DNA of 57,038 bases, taken from assembly GCA_035496475.1 (NCBI GenBank), contig DATJEP010000021.1:1-57038 (forward strand). Direction: 5' to 3'. The notes beneath the pieces were generated by a model, which saw nothing but the letters and a program-made list of their open reading frames with translations, was not told where the DNA came from and ran no database searches. A program made the position numbers and the translations under genes. Origin of the DNA: Candidatus Udaeobacter sp. GTDB lineage: Bacteria; Eisenbacteria; RBG-16-71-46. Shown here piece after piece: positions 31,400-44,347 of this stretch. The number at the start of each line of letters is the position of its first letter. Positions within the stretch are counted from its first letter, which is position 1.

Positions 31400-31425
31400 G
31401 TCGCATAATCGATATTATGTAAACC
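31398..31425. other. dif: candidate dif site (XerC/XerD chromosome dimer resolution site)
   Basis: ATGTCGCATAA-TCGATA-TTATGTAAACC has the 11-6-11 layout. The inner XerC arm CGCATAA equals E. coli dif, and the XerD arm is 10/11 to B. subtilis dif as I remember them. It is AT-rich in a GC-rich genome and lies next to the gene-orientation switch. Confidence 0.7.
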
Positions 31426-31514
31426 TACGCACGGCGAAACGGCCGGGACCAGCCGTGGGAACTCACCGCGCCTGCAGCGCCGCTTCCCCGCTGTGAAGCG
31501 CGGTCAGGACGCGG

Positions 31515-33977
<2,463 letters not shown>

Positions 33978-33998
33978 GCTCCGTGAATCGGACCGGCG

Positions 33999-34027
33999 AG
34001 ATTACCCGGCGCGAAGCACGATGTCAC
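33999..34027 (-). promoter_or_regulatory. candidate sigma-70 promoter for leuS
   Basis: On the - strand: GTGACA, a 17-nt spacer, then TAATCT, about 20 nt upstream of a GGAG and the leuS ATG. Confidence 0.35.
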
Positions 34028-34053
34028 GCTCGCGACGGTGACGACGCGGGAGA

Positions 34054-35067
34054 TCAGCTCGCGCCGCTGACGTCGCGCGTGGCCTGCTCGAGCAGGGCGA
34101 CCACGTCGGCGCGGCCGCCCTTCCACGCCGACTCGGCCCGATAGACCGCATCGAGGGCGCGGACGAGATCGCCCGAGCCGCGACGCCGCCTCAACGTGTC
34201 GCTCGCGGCGTGGTAGCGCTTCCAGCCGCCGAGCGCGCCGCCCACCACGTTCGAGAGCGCGAACAGGATCGTTCCCTCTCCCACGCCGGCGGCGAGCAGC
34301 CGGCCGAGCCTCTGTCCGGCCAGCCGCGAATCACCGCTCGCGACCGCGGTGACGTAGTCCGGAAGCTCGGCCCCGAGCGCCGGCCTCAGGATCTGAGCGA
34401 CGTCGTCGCGCCCGACCGGCCGCCCGGGATCGGCCCAGGCCGCGAGCACCGACAGCTCGCCGAAGTAGGCGAGCGCCTCGCCGTCGGCGGCTTCGGCGAG
34501 CTGCTCGAGCACGCCGCTCTCCGCGCTGAGGCCATGCTCCTCGAGCTTGAGCGCGCCCCACGCGAGCAGCGCGCGCGCATCGGGCGGAAACGCGGCGACG
34601 CGGGCGGCACAGGTCGAGCGCAGCGGCTCGAGCGACTTGCGCGCGTTCTCGGCCGCCGATTCGATCAGGACCAGGCACGAGGGACCGGGCGGCGCCGAGA
34701 GTCCCGCGGCGAGCGCGGTGACGCGCTTGTCGCTGCGGCCGAGGTCCTCGATCTCGAGGACGAGGATCAGATCACGCGGATTGAAGAGCGACGCGCCCTG
34801 ATAGAGCGCGAGGACCTCCTCGACGCTGCTCTCGGCCGCGCGCAGCACGCGCGGCGGCGCGTTCGGATTGTCGCGGGTCCAGGCGCGCCTCATCGAAGCC
34901 AGCAGCTCGGTCTTGACCGCTTCGCTCGGACCTTCGAGGTAGATCGTCGGCGGGAACTCGCCCGAACGGACGCGGCGCGCGAGATCGAGCGGATCGACCA
35001 TCGCGGACCTGGGGCGTGGCCGGGCCGGCGCGGCGGACTTCGATCGGGCACCGGCCGGTTGCGTCAC
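34054..35067 (-). CDS. holA: DNA polymerase III delta subunit
   Basis: Size, helical C-domain pattern and the classic leuS/lptE/holA neighbourhood. Sequence similarity was judged only by general pattern. GTG start at 35067, with an alternative ATG at 35001. Confidence 0.65.
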   Translation of the reverse strand: MTQPAGARSKSAAPARPRPRSAMVDPLDLARRVRSGEFPPTIYLEGPSEAVKTELLASMRRAWTRDNPNAPPRVLRAAESSVEEVLALYQGASLFNPRDLILVLEIEDLGRSDKRVTALAAGLSAPPGPSCLVLIESAAENARKSLEPLRSTCAARVAAFPPDARALLAWGALKLEEHGLSAESGVLEQLAEAADGEALAYFGELSVLAAWADPGRPVGRDDVAQILRPALGAELPDYVTAVASGDSRLAGQRLGRLLAAGVGEGTILFALSNVVGGALGGWKRYHAASDTLRRRRGSGDLVRALDAVYRAESAWKGGRADVVALLEQATRDVSGAS

Positions 35068-35073
35068 GCCCGG

Positions 35074-35592
35074 TTACCAGCCCTGGACCGAACGCGTCAG
35101 GATCTCATCCGCCAGCTTCGCGATCGCCTGCTTCCGCCCTTCCAGCTCGGTGCTGGCGCCCTGACCGGGCACGTTCTGCACGTAGTAGTTCGCGGTCTTC
35201 ACCAGGTTCTGATCGCTCCACAGCTCGCGATTCTTGACCTGGTCCTTGAACACCGCCGAGATGCCGATGGTGACGCGGTACTCCTGCGCCAGGTTCTGCG
35301 GGGAGATGCCGAACACGGAATTCTTGTAGAGGATGATGCGACCCTTCAGGACCGCGTCCGCGCTGCGCTCGTCGACCACCCGCAGGTGATTGTCGGAGAC
35401 GAAACGCTGGACCACCGCGTCGGTCAGGTCCTGCTCCAGCGTGTATTCGTTGGTGCCGTTCTCGAATACCGGGATGGCGACGGTCTTCAGGTGGGGCGGC
35501 AGCGAGACGCTGCTCGTGGTGTAGGCGCACGCGCCAACGCCGAGCCCGGCGGCGAAGACCAGCACGAGGCTCGGCGTTCGATGCATCGGCAC
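35074..35592 (-). CDS. lptE: LPS-assembly lipoprotein LptE
   Basis: Lipobox GLGVGAC. About 170 aa with VAIPVFENGT..., L.GRI......., as in the LptE/RlpB family. Positioned beside holA and leuS. Confidence 0.65.
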   Translation of the reverse strand: MPMHRTPSLVLVFAAGLGVGACAYTTSSVSLPPHLKTVAIPVFENGTNEYTLEQDLTDAVVQRFVSDNHLRVVDERSADAVLKGRIILYKNSVFGISPQNLAQEYRVTIGISAVFKDQVKNRELWSDQNLVKTANYYVQNVPGQGASTELEGRKQAIAKLADEILTRSVQGW

Positions 35593-37010
<1,418 letters not shown>

Positions 37011-37014
<4 letters not shown>

Positions 37015-38969
37015 GAATTCCCTCCCTGCGGATCGAGCGGCAGCTCGAGTGTGAACACAGTGCCCTCCCCGGGCTGGCTCTGAATGGTCAATGCGCCTCC
37101 GTGGCGCTTCACGATGTCGTGGGTGATGTAGAGGCCAAGCCCGGTCCCGCCGGGCTTGGTGGTGAAGAACGGCTCGAACAGCGTGTTCAGGTGCTCGGGC
37201 GCGATGCCCGCGCCGTGATCCTCGACCCGGATCACCGCTCCCGGCGCCGGAGTGCGCGCCTCGCGCGCGGCGCCCTTCGACCCGGCGGTCCTGCCTCCGG
37301 TCTCGATCGAGACGCGGATCACCCCGCCCTCGGGCGAGGCCTCGATCGCGTTCTTGATCAGATTGATCAGCACCTGCTCCAGCTGATCGTGGTCGTGCGG
37401 CACCGGCGGAACCCGCGGAGCGACGTCGAGGCGCACGTCGATGCGGCGTTCGGCGATCAGCGCCTGCAGCACCTGGATCGCGCGGCCCGCGGTCTGCTCG
37501 AGCGGCAGGGCGCGCAGCTGGAGCCCGCGCGGGTGGGTGATGTCGAACAGGTCCTGAACGATGCGATCGAGACGCTTGATCTCGCTCAGGATGAAGCTCA
37601 GGTGCTCGCGCGCGGGGCCGTTCTCGGCCAGTCCGCGCGAAAGGTACTGGACGCCGGCGGCGATGCCGGTCAGGGGATTCCGGATCTCGTGGGCCACGCT
37701 CGAGGTGAAGCGGCCGAGCGCGGCGAGCCGGTCGAGCTGACGCGCCTGTTCCTCGGCGCGCTTGAGCGGCGTCAGGTCGGCGAACGTGGCGATCGCGCCG
37801 TAGACGTTGCGGCGCTCGTTGCGGAGCAGCGACGTGGTCAGGCTGACCGGGATCGGCGAGCCGCTCTGGGCGCGCAGCACGGTCTCTTCGCGCAACGCCT
37901 CCTGCCCGTGCTCGAGCGCGGCCTGCAGCAGCGCGTCTCCCTCGGGCCCGAACACCTCGCCGAAGGGGCGCCCGAGCACGTCGGCCTCGGCAGGGCCGAG
38001 CAGCTTCTCGGCGGCGCGATTGAAGGCCAGGATCTCGCCGCGCATGTTCACCGCGGCGAGTCCGCTCGCCATGCTGTCGAGCAGGTGCTCGAGAAAGCGC
38101 TCACTCTCCCTCAGGTCCTGGGTGAGTCGCGCGTTCTCGACCATCGGCGCGATCGAGAGCGCGATCGACTCGAGCAGCGTCACGTCACCCTGGACGTCAC
38201 GTCCGGCATTCGATTCGCGTCCAACCGCCAGCACGCCGAGCATGGGCATCAGCTCGCAGGAAAGACAGTGGCGCTGGCGCTCCTCGCGCTCCGACGCCCA
38301 GCGCTCGGCGGCGCGGCCGGGCGGCGGCGCCACCAGCAGCGTGTCACCGACCATGCAGCGCTCGCCGCACAGCTCGGCCGAATCGCCGGGCGGGACCACC
38401 GACTGGCTGCGCTCGAGCGGGACGCACATCGCGGTCTCGACGCCGGCAAGAACGTCCTCGAGCGGGTGGCCGTCGGGCAGCACCATCAGCGGATGGCGGC
38501 GGACGTGATGCTTGACCACGGTGCGGTGCAGCCAGACCGCGCGCGTCAGGGCGCCGGACTCCCCCGTCAGCGGCAGCTCGAGCGGAATGCTCAGGTCCCG
38601 ACCCCCGTCGCGATGGGTCCAGGTTCCCTCGAGGCGGCCGTGCTCGCGGTTCACGAGCAGGAGCGCGACATGCGGGAATCCGAACGCGCGGCACAGGTAG
38701 CGCGTGACGGTGCGTGTGGTCTCCCCCGCGTCGACTGGACCGGTCAGGTGGCTCGCGACTTCACGCAGCGAGACCAGCTGAACGTTGGTTTCGATCAGTC
38801 GCCGATGGCTGTGCTCGAGCTCCTCGACCAGCTCGCGCAGGGTCGAGAGCAGCGCGTCCGGATCGGAGGGATCCAGCGCGGGAGACGACTCGTGCGACCG
38901 CGAGAGACCACGAACCTCGTCGACGCGGCGCAGCAGGTCACGCACGCCATCAGGCAGGGAAGCCGGCAT
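37011..38969 (-). CDS. soluble sensor histidine kinase (GAF with Cys-rich insertion, PAS, HisKA, HATPase_c)
   Basis: H-box SSVAHEIRNPLTGI, N-box LINLIKNAIEA, and G-boxes DHGAGI / GGTGLGL. No TM segment. ATGA overlap with the regulator gene. Confidence 0.9.
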
Positions 38970-39025
38970 GAATCCTGGTTCCGCGCCGGCTCAGGGCATG
39001 CCGGCGCGCGGGCTGGAACCGGGTT

Positions 39026-39067
39026 CGCGGCGCGCCGCCTCCGGGCGGGAGGAAGCGGCGCGCCGCG
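39026..39067 (-). terminator. GC-rich nested hairpin directly after the aminotransferase stop (terminator-like, no U tract)
   Basis: 13-bp perfect arms CGCGGCGCGCCGC / GCGGCGCGCCGCG enclose a CTCC...GGAG inner stem. Begins 11 nt past the stop at 39078. Confidence 0.3.
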
Positions 39068-39077
39068 TGGATCGGGA

Positions 39078-40208
39078 CTAGGGGTCGGTGAACTCCCTCA
39101 CACAGGTGGCGACGTAACGGATCTGATCTTCGCTGAGCTCGGGATAGATCGGCAGCGCCAGAGTCTCGGCCGCGGCGGCCTCCGACTGCGGCAGATCGCC
39201 GGCCTTCCCGCCCAGCATGGCGAAGCACTTCTGCAGATGGAGCGGAACCGGATAGTAGATCTCGGTGCCGACGCCGCGCTCGGTGAGGTGCTTCTTCAGC
39301 TCGTCGCGTTTCGGCACCCGGATCACGTACTGGTTGTAGATGTGGCGCGCGCGTGGATCCTTCCACGGCCGTCCCACGTGGGCGCCCTCGAACAGCTGGT
39401 CGTAGAGCGCGGCGTTGCGCGCCCGCGCTTCGCTCCAGCGGTCGAGGTGCTTGAGCTTGACGCGCAGGATCGCGGCCTGCAGCGCATCGAGACGCGAATT
39501 GGTGCCGACCATCGAGTGGTAGTACTTCGGCTTCGATCCATGCTCACGCAGCAGCCGCACGCGTTCGGCGTACTCGGCGTTCTGGGTCACGATCATGCCG
39601 CCGTCGCCCGCCGCGCCGAGGTTCTTGGACGGGAAGAACGAGAAGCAGCCGTAGTCCGACATCGACCCGGCGCGCTTGCCCTCCCACTCCGATCCGATCG
39701 CCTGGGCGGCGTCCTCGATCAGGAACACCCGGCGCTGATCGCAGATCGCACGAATCGCGGTCATGTCGGCGCACTGGCCGTAGAGATGGACCGGCATCAC
39801 CGCCTTGGTGCGCGGCGTGATGGCCGCCTCGAGACGGTGCGCGTCGATGTTGTAGGTGCGGGGATCGATGTCGACGAAGATCGGCGTGGCGCCGTTGTTG
39901 GCGATGGTGCCGGCGCTGGCGAAGAACGAGTACGCGGTGGTGATCACCTCGTCGCCGGGCCCGACGCCGAGCGCCCACAGCGAGAGCAGCAGCGCGTCGG
40001 TGCCGGAAGCGCAGGCGATCGCGTGCGCGCACTGCGAGTAGCGCGCCACTTCCTCCTCGAGCCCGCTGACCTCGGGGCCGCCGATGAAGCGAGCGCTCTC
40101 CATCACCGATCGCACCGCGGCGTCGACGTCGGTGCGGATCTCGGCGTACTGGGCCTTGAGGTCGAGCAGCGGGACCGTCATCGCGGCGCGGGTCGGCATC
40201 GGGCACAT
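39078..40208 (-). CDS. DegT/DnrJ/EryC1/StrS-family sugar aminotransferase (WlbC/WbpE-like)
   Basis: LLDLKAQY...FIGGPEV..LE...CASGTDALLL...FFPSKNLGAAGDGGM (PLP-Lys context). AGGA lies 7 nt upstream of ATG 40208. Confidence 0.9.
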   Translation of the reverse strand: MCPMPTRAAMTVPLLDLKAQYAEIRTDVDAAVRSVMESARFIGGPEVSGLEEEVARYSQCAHAIACASGTDALLLSLWALGVGPGDEVITTAYSFFASAGTIANNGATPIFVDIDPRTYNIDAHRLEAAITPRTKAVMPVHLYGQCADMTAIRAICDQRRVFLIEDAAQAIGSEWEGKRAGSMSDYGCFSFFPSKNLGAAGDGGMIVTQNAEYAERVRLLREHGSKPKYYHSMVGTNSRLDALQAAILRVKLKHLDRWSEARARNAALYDQLFEGAHVGRPWKDPRARHIYNQYVIRVPKRDELKKHLTERGVGTEIYYPVPLHLQKCFAMLGGKAGDLPQSEAAAAETLALPIYPELSEDQIRYVATCVREFTDP

Positions 40209-40234
40209 GGCGGAGTCCTTTCGAAGATGCGGGT

Positions 40235-40996
40235 CTAGGAATCGACCCAGCCCTGGTTTTCGAGCAGCTGTTCGACCGGAACGTCGCGCCACACGCGCGC
40301 CGGGCTTCCGATCACGATGGTGCGAGGCGGCACGTCGCGGGTCACGACCGAGCCCGCGGCCACGAGTGCGTCCTCGCCGATGACGACACCGGGCAGCGTC
40401 ACGCTGCCGGCGCCGATGCGGCCGCCACGGCGCACCGTGACGCCCTTGAAATGCTTGAACCGCTCCTGGGTGCGGCCGACGAAATTGTCGTTCGACGTCA
40501 CTACGCCGGGAGCGATGAAGACGCGATCCTCGAGCGTGGAGTAGGCGCAGAGGTAGCTCTCGCTCTCGAGCTTGCAGAAGCGCCCCACGGCGCAGAAGTT
40601 CTCGATGGTGACGCCGCGGCCGACGATGGTCTTCCGCCCCACCGTGACGTTCTCGCGCACGGTGCAGAGATCGGCCATCAGCACGCCCACTTCGATCGCC
40701 GCGCCGCGATAGAGCACGACGCCGGTGCCGACGATGCAGCCGTCGCCGACCGTGAGCGGCGGCAGCTCCTGCTCTTTCGTGGTGGCGGAATTCGCGGCCC
40801 GCATCGGCAGCTTGCCGAGCGTGGCGTGATCGTCGATGCGGACGCCGTCGCCGATGCGGGTTCCGTCGTGGATCACGACGTGATGCCCGATCCGGCAGCC
40901 GCGACCGAGCGTGACTGCCGCGCCGATCACGCAGCCTTCGCCGAAGGTGGTGTCCGGGCCCAGCGCGGCGGTCGGATCGATGGCGTGGGCGGTCAT
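40235..40996 (-). CDS. hexapeptide-repeat (left-handed beta-helix) N-acetyltransferase (WlbB/WbpD-like)
   Basis: Serial [LIV]-G-x-x-x-x hexapeptide repeats throughout (IGAAVTLGRGCRIGHHVVIHDGTRIGDGVRI...). Confidence 0.85.
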   Translation of the reverse strand: MTAHAIDPTAALGPDTTFGEGCVIGAAVTLGRGCRIGHHVVIHDGTRIGDGVRIDDHATLGKLPMRAANSATTKEQELPPLTVGDGCIVGTGVVLYRGAAIEVGVLMADLCTVRENVTVGRKTIVGRGVTIENFCAVGRFCKLESESYLCAYSTLEDRVFIAPGVVTSNDNFVGRTQERFKHFKGVTVRRGGRIGAGSVTLPGVVIGEDALVAAGSVVTRDVPPRTIVIGSPARVWRDVPVEQLLENQGWVDS

Positions 40997-42030
40997 GCCA
41001 CCCCCGCGCGCTCGGACGCGATCGCGACCGGCGCGCCGCCGCGCTCGAGCGAGGCCTGCGCCGCCGCCAGCACCTTGACCACGCGGAGTCCGGAGCGCCC
41101 GTCACTGAGCGGCGTCTTGCGCTCGCGCACGCAGTCGACGAAATGCTGGCATTCGATCTTGAGCGGCTCCTGCAGCGAGATCTTCGGAATCAGGATGTCA
41201 CCGCTCCGCACCGTCAGCGCGTCGCCGTAGGGAACGATCTCCCCCGCCCGGTCGACGCCCTTGTCGTAGATGCGGATCTTCTCGCTCGCTTCCATGTCAT
41301 CGAACACCGCCATCTTCTGGCTGCCGACCACGGTGAACTTGCGCAGCTTGTGCGGATCCAGCCACGACACGTGCACGTGCGCGAGCTTGCCGTTGGGGAA
41401 GCGCAGGTCGACGAACACCACGTCCTCGATCTTGCCCTGGAGGAATGCCGAGCCCCGCGCCACGACGTCGACCGGCTCGTCCTCCAGCAGGTGGAGGATC
41501 ACCGAGAGATCGTGAGGGGCGAAGCTCCACAGCGCGTTCTCGTCGGTGCGAACCTTGCCGAGATTCACGCGCTGGGAATAGATGTAGAGCACGTCGCCGA
41601 GCGAGCCCTCGTCGACCAGGCGCTTCAGGTACTGGACCGCCGGGTGATAGAGCAGCAGGTGTCCGACCATCAGCACGCGGTTCTTGTCGCGGGCGAGGCG
41701 GACCAGCTCCTCGGCGTGCTCGACCTTGAGGGTGAGCGGCTTCTCGACGTAGACATCCTTGCCGGCTTCGAGCAGCAATCGGGCGAGGGGGTAGTGGCTG
41801 ATCGCCGAAGCCGAGACCACCGCGGCATGGATGTCGGCCGCCGCCGCGACCTCGCGCGCGTCGGTACAGGCGCGGGCGTCGGGATGCCGTGCGCGGGCGC
41901 GGCCGAGCCGATCGGCGTCCGAGTCGCACAGCATGGCCAGCCGGCCGCCCTTCACGGCGGCGAAATTGCGGACCAGGTTGGCGCCCCAGTCGCCGGTGCC
42001 GACGACGGCGATTCCGACTTCGTTCGACAA
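40993..42030 (-). CDS. Gfo/Idh/MocA-family oxidoreductase (WlbA/WbpB-like)
   Basis: Rossmann start IAVVGTGDWGANL and EKPL motif YVEKPLT. TTG start preceded by AGGAGGA. Confidence 0.88.
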   Translation of the reverse strand: MSNEVGIAVVGTGDWGANLVRNFAAVKGGRLAMLCDSDADRLGRARARHPDARACTDAREVAAAADIHAAVVSASAISHYPLARLLLEAGKDVYVEKPLTLKVEHAEELVRLARDKNRVLMVGHLLLYHPAVQYLKRLVDEGSLGDVLYIYSQRVNLGKVRTDENALWSFAPHDLSVILHLLEDEPVDVVARGSAFLQGKIEDVVFVDLRFPNGKLAHVHVSWLDPHKLRKFTVVGSQKMAVFDDMEASEKIRIYDKGVDRAGEIVPYGDALTVRSGDILIPKISLQEPLKIECQHFVDCVRERKTPLSDGRSGLRVVKVLAAAQASLERGGAPVAIASERAGVA

Positions 42031-42053
42031 CCGTCCTCCTGACGCGGCGCCGC

Positions 42054-42081
42054 AAAAAACCGGACGCGGTTCCTCGTCCGG
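42054..42081 (-). terminator. rho-independent terminator of the GGDEF gene
   Basis: On the - strand: CCGGACG, an 8-nt loop, CGTCCGG, then TTTTTT. Lies 43 nt after the stop at 42124. Confidence 0.75.
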
Positions 42082-42123
42082 GCCGCGGAGTCTAACTGAC
42101 GGATTCGAGCAGGGTCAACGCGT

Positions 42124-43155
42124 TCAGGCCGCGCGATCCTGCACCGTCTCGATACGATTCCGTCCCTGTTGCTTGGCCTGATACAGCGCACGGTCGGATG
42201 CCTGGATCAACCCGCTGGCGTCCGCCGCGTCGTACGGGAACATCGCGATGCCGATGCTGACCGTGATCTGTCCCTGCTGGGCCAGCGGGAACGTGTGGCC
42301 CTCGACCGCCGCGCGAACGCGCTCCCCCACGACGATCGCGCCGTCGCGGCTGGTCTGCGGAAGGATCAGCGTGAATTCGTCGCCGCCGTACTTGGCGACC
42401 AAATCGAACGAGCGCACCTGCTCGGCGAGAAGTCGCGCGATCTCGCGCAGGAGGAAGCTGCCGCGCAGGTGTCCGTGACGGTCGTTGTAACCCTTCAGAT
42501 TGTCGACGTCGATCATCGCCAGCGACAGCTCCTGCCGGAAGCGTCCGGCGCGCTTGATCTCGCGCCGCAGAGCCGTCTTGAGGAAGCGGTAGTTGTAGAC
42601 CTGCGTGAGGTCGTCGGTGACCGCCAGACGCTCGACGTTCTCGGCGAGCCTCAGGTTCTCGATCGCGGTCGCCGCCCAGGTCGAGAGCAGGACCATCGCG
42701 TGGAGCTGATCGGTGGTGAAAGGCGCCGCCCCGCGGGCGCGATAGATGGCGAGCGTCCCGGGCGCCTGCTCGCGCACGCGAAGCGGAACGAACATCGCGG
42801 GACCGGCTTCGACTCCCGGACAATGCTCGCGAAGCGTGAAGCGCTGATCCTGGACCAGGTCGTCGACCATGACCGGCCGGCCGGCGCGCATCAGCAGCCG
42901 CACGAATTCACCGCTGCCGGGACTCGGACTCTCCTCGACCTCGTCGCGCGAGCGCAGTAGCACGGTGCGGTCGGCCGGGCGTCCGGTCGACGCCAGCACG
43001 GTCGCGCCGTCGCTCTGGCTCAGCTGGAGCGCGGCGCGGAGCACCAGCTCGATCAGCGCCGGGCGCGAGCGGGCCGCCGGCCGCGACGACAGCTCGAGCA
43101 GCGTTTCGAGAATGGGTTCGCGGTTGGACATGTGCTCCGGATCCCTGGAACGCAC
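42124..43155 (-). CDS. GAF-GGDEF diguanylate cyclase with I-site
   Basis: N-terminal GAF domain, then DDLTQVYNYRF...RSFDLVAKYGGDEFTLIL (RxxD lies five residues before GGDEF). GTG at 43155, with ATG at 43131 perhaps the true start. Confidence 0.9.
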   Translation of the reverse strand: MRSRDPEHMSNREPILETLLELSSRPAARSRPALIELVLRAALQLSQSDGATVLASTGRPADRTVLLRSRDEVEESPSPGSGEFVRLLMRAGRPVMVDDLVQDQRFTLREHCPGVEAGPAMFVPLRVREQAPGTLAIYRARGAAPFTTDQLHAMVLLSTWAATAIENLRLAENVERLAVTDDLTQVYNYRFLKTALRREIKRAGRFRQELSLAMIDVDNLKGYNDRHGHLRGSFLLREIARLLAEQVRSFDLVAKYGGDEFTLILPQTSRDGAIVVGERVRAAVEGHTFPLAQQGQITVSIGIAMFPYDAADASGLIQASDRALYQAKQQGRNRIETVQDRAA

Positions 43156-43216
43156 CGAGTGAACGTGGAAATACCACCCAGATAGGCAATCGATATGCCA
43201 TGGGCCGACTTCGGGG

Positions 43217-44320
43217 TTATCGGCCGGGAGGGCCGGTCAGCCGCAGCGCAAGCATCAGGGAGCGGGCCGCGAAGACGACGATGCCGCCGACGATGAGTGC
43301 CATGAATCCACGCCGCTGCCACGGCGGCAGCGACAGATCGCCGCTCAGTCCCCGATAGGTCCAGAGCCCGTAGATCAGGGCGAGGAGCAGGATCACCGAC
43401 GTGACCAGCTGGGCCGTGGTCCAGACCCTCCACTCGCGATCGCGAGCCGTGGTGGGTTGGGGCAATTCGCGCGCCCGGGAGCCGCCCCGGCGTGCGTTTC
43501 GCAACGCCGAGCCATTCGCCGCAGCCGCGGCGTCCGCTCCTTTGAGATCGGCCCCATGGTGGACCGAGCCCGCGGACCCGGGCTCGTCTTCGATGCGCGG
43601 GCCGGACCGCCGTGCCACCCACAGCCGCGACGCTCCGAGCAGGAACGAGCGATGCCGCTCGAGCTCGAAGCCGGCATCGCTGAGGTCGCGCTCGAACTCC
43701 TCCCCCGATCCGAAGTCGAAGATCGACTGGCTGAGGTATCGATAGGCGCTCGGGTCGGGCGAGAGCCGCCCCGCCAGCGGAACGACGTAGCGAAGGTGCA
43801 GGGCATGGAACGGGGCGAACCATCCGGGCCGCGGCGCTGCGGCCTCCAGCACCGCGAGCGTGCCGCCGTCGCGGAGGACGCGCGCGATCTCACGCAGGGC
43901 ATCGGGCCTCGGCCGGAGATTCCGGATCCCGAACGCGACCGTCAGCGCGTCGATGCTCGAGGCGCGGAGCGGAAGCCGGAACGCGTCGGCGGCGGCGAGG
44001 CGCGGCGCCCATCCCGCGCCGCTGAAACGCGCGTGCGCATCCTCCAGCATGGCGAGGCTGACGTCGATTCCGAGCACGACACGTCCGGGCCGGCGAAGGG
44101 CCGGCAGCGACACGCCGTTCCCGGTGCAGAGGTCGAGCACCACCCCCGCGCCGGCCGGCACCGCGTTCGCCATCGACGCGCGCCACGCCCGGTCGCGACC
44201 CAGCGTCATCAGGCGATTCAGCAGGTCATAGCGCGAGGAGACCGAGTCGAACATCGACGCCATTTCGCGCGCGGCGTGCGGAGCGAACCGTGCGGGCGTG
44301 GGAGGCGCGTCTGGCTTCAT
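43217..44320 (-). CDS. ubiE: UbiE/MenG-type (demethyl)menaquinone/ubiquinone methyltransferase fused to a C-terminal two-TM tail
   Basis: MFDSVSSRYDLLNRLMTLGRDRAWR and VLDLCTGNG SAM motifs over about 235 aa, then a low-complexity linker and two hydrophobic helices (LVTSVILLLALIYGLW, FMALIVGGIVVFAARSLMLAL). Confidence 0.8.
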   Translation of the reverse strand: MKPDAPPTPARFAPHAAREMASMFDSVSSRYDLLNRLMTLGRDRAWRASMANAVPAGAGVVLDLCTGNGVSLPALRRPGRVVLGIDVSLAMLEDAHARFSGAGWAPRLAAADAFRLPLRASSIDALTVAFGIRNLRPRPDALREIARVLRDGGTLAVLEAAAPRPGWFAPFHALHLRYVVPLAGRLSPDPSAYRYLSQSIFDFGSGEEFERDLSDAGFELERHRSFLLGASRLWVARRSGPRIEDEPGSAGSVHHGADLKGADAAAAANGSALRNARRGGSRARELPQPTTARDREWRVWTTAQLVTSVILLLALIYGLWTYRGLSGDLSLPPWQRRGFMALIVGGIVVFAARSLMLALRLTGPPGR

Positions 44321-44347
44321 GGCATGACGCCCTTCGCGGAGGAGAGC

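Noticed and set aside
30900-31406. 168-aa ORF starting at the ATG inside the dif-like palindrome.
   Set aside because: It is out of frame with, and wholly inside, the radical-SAM gene, whose CxxxCxxC motif identifies the true frame. The translation is Arg/Pro-rich.
38988-39002. A sigma-54-like GG-N10-GC spacing (CGGCATGCCCTGAGCC on the - strand) upstream of the kinase gene.
   Set aside because: Only the invariant GG/GC dinucleotides match. The TGGCAC and TTGC contexts are absent, and the sequence is explained as the loop of hairpin B.
43185-43199. A second AT-rich element, GGCAATCGATATGCC, shares the 9-mer AATCGATAT with the dif candidate. I considered it as a second dif or as the pseudo-dif boundary of an integrated IMEX.
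   Set aside because: The flanking arms do not match either the XerC or the XerD half-site. The 11.8 kb between the two elements holds leuS, holA, lptE and other core genes rather than a mobile element. It is more likely a promoter or operator element of the GGDEF gene. A weaker relative, GAATCGAATA at 26191-26200, was rejected for the same reason.
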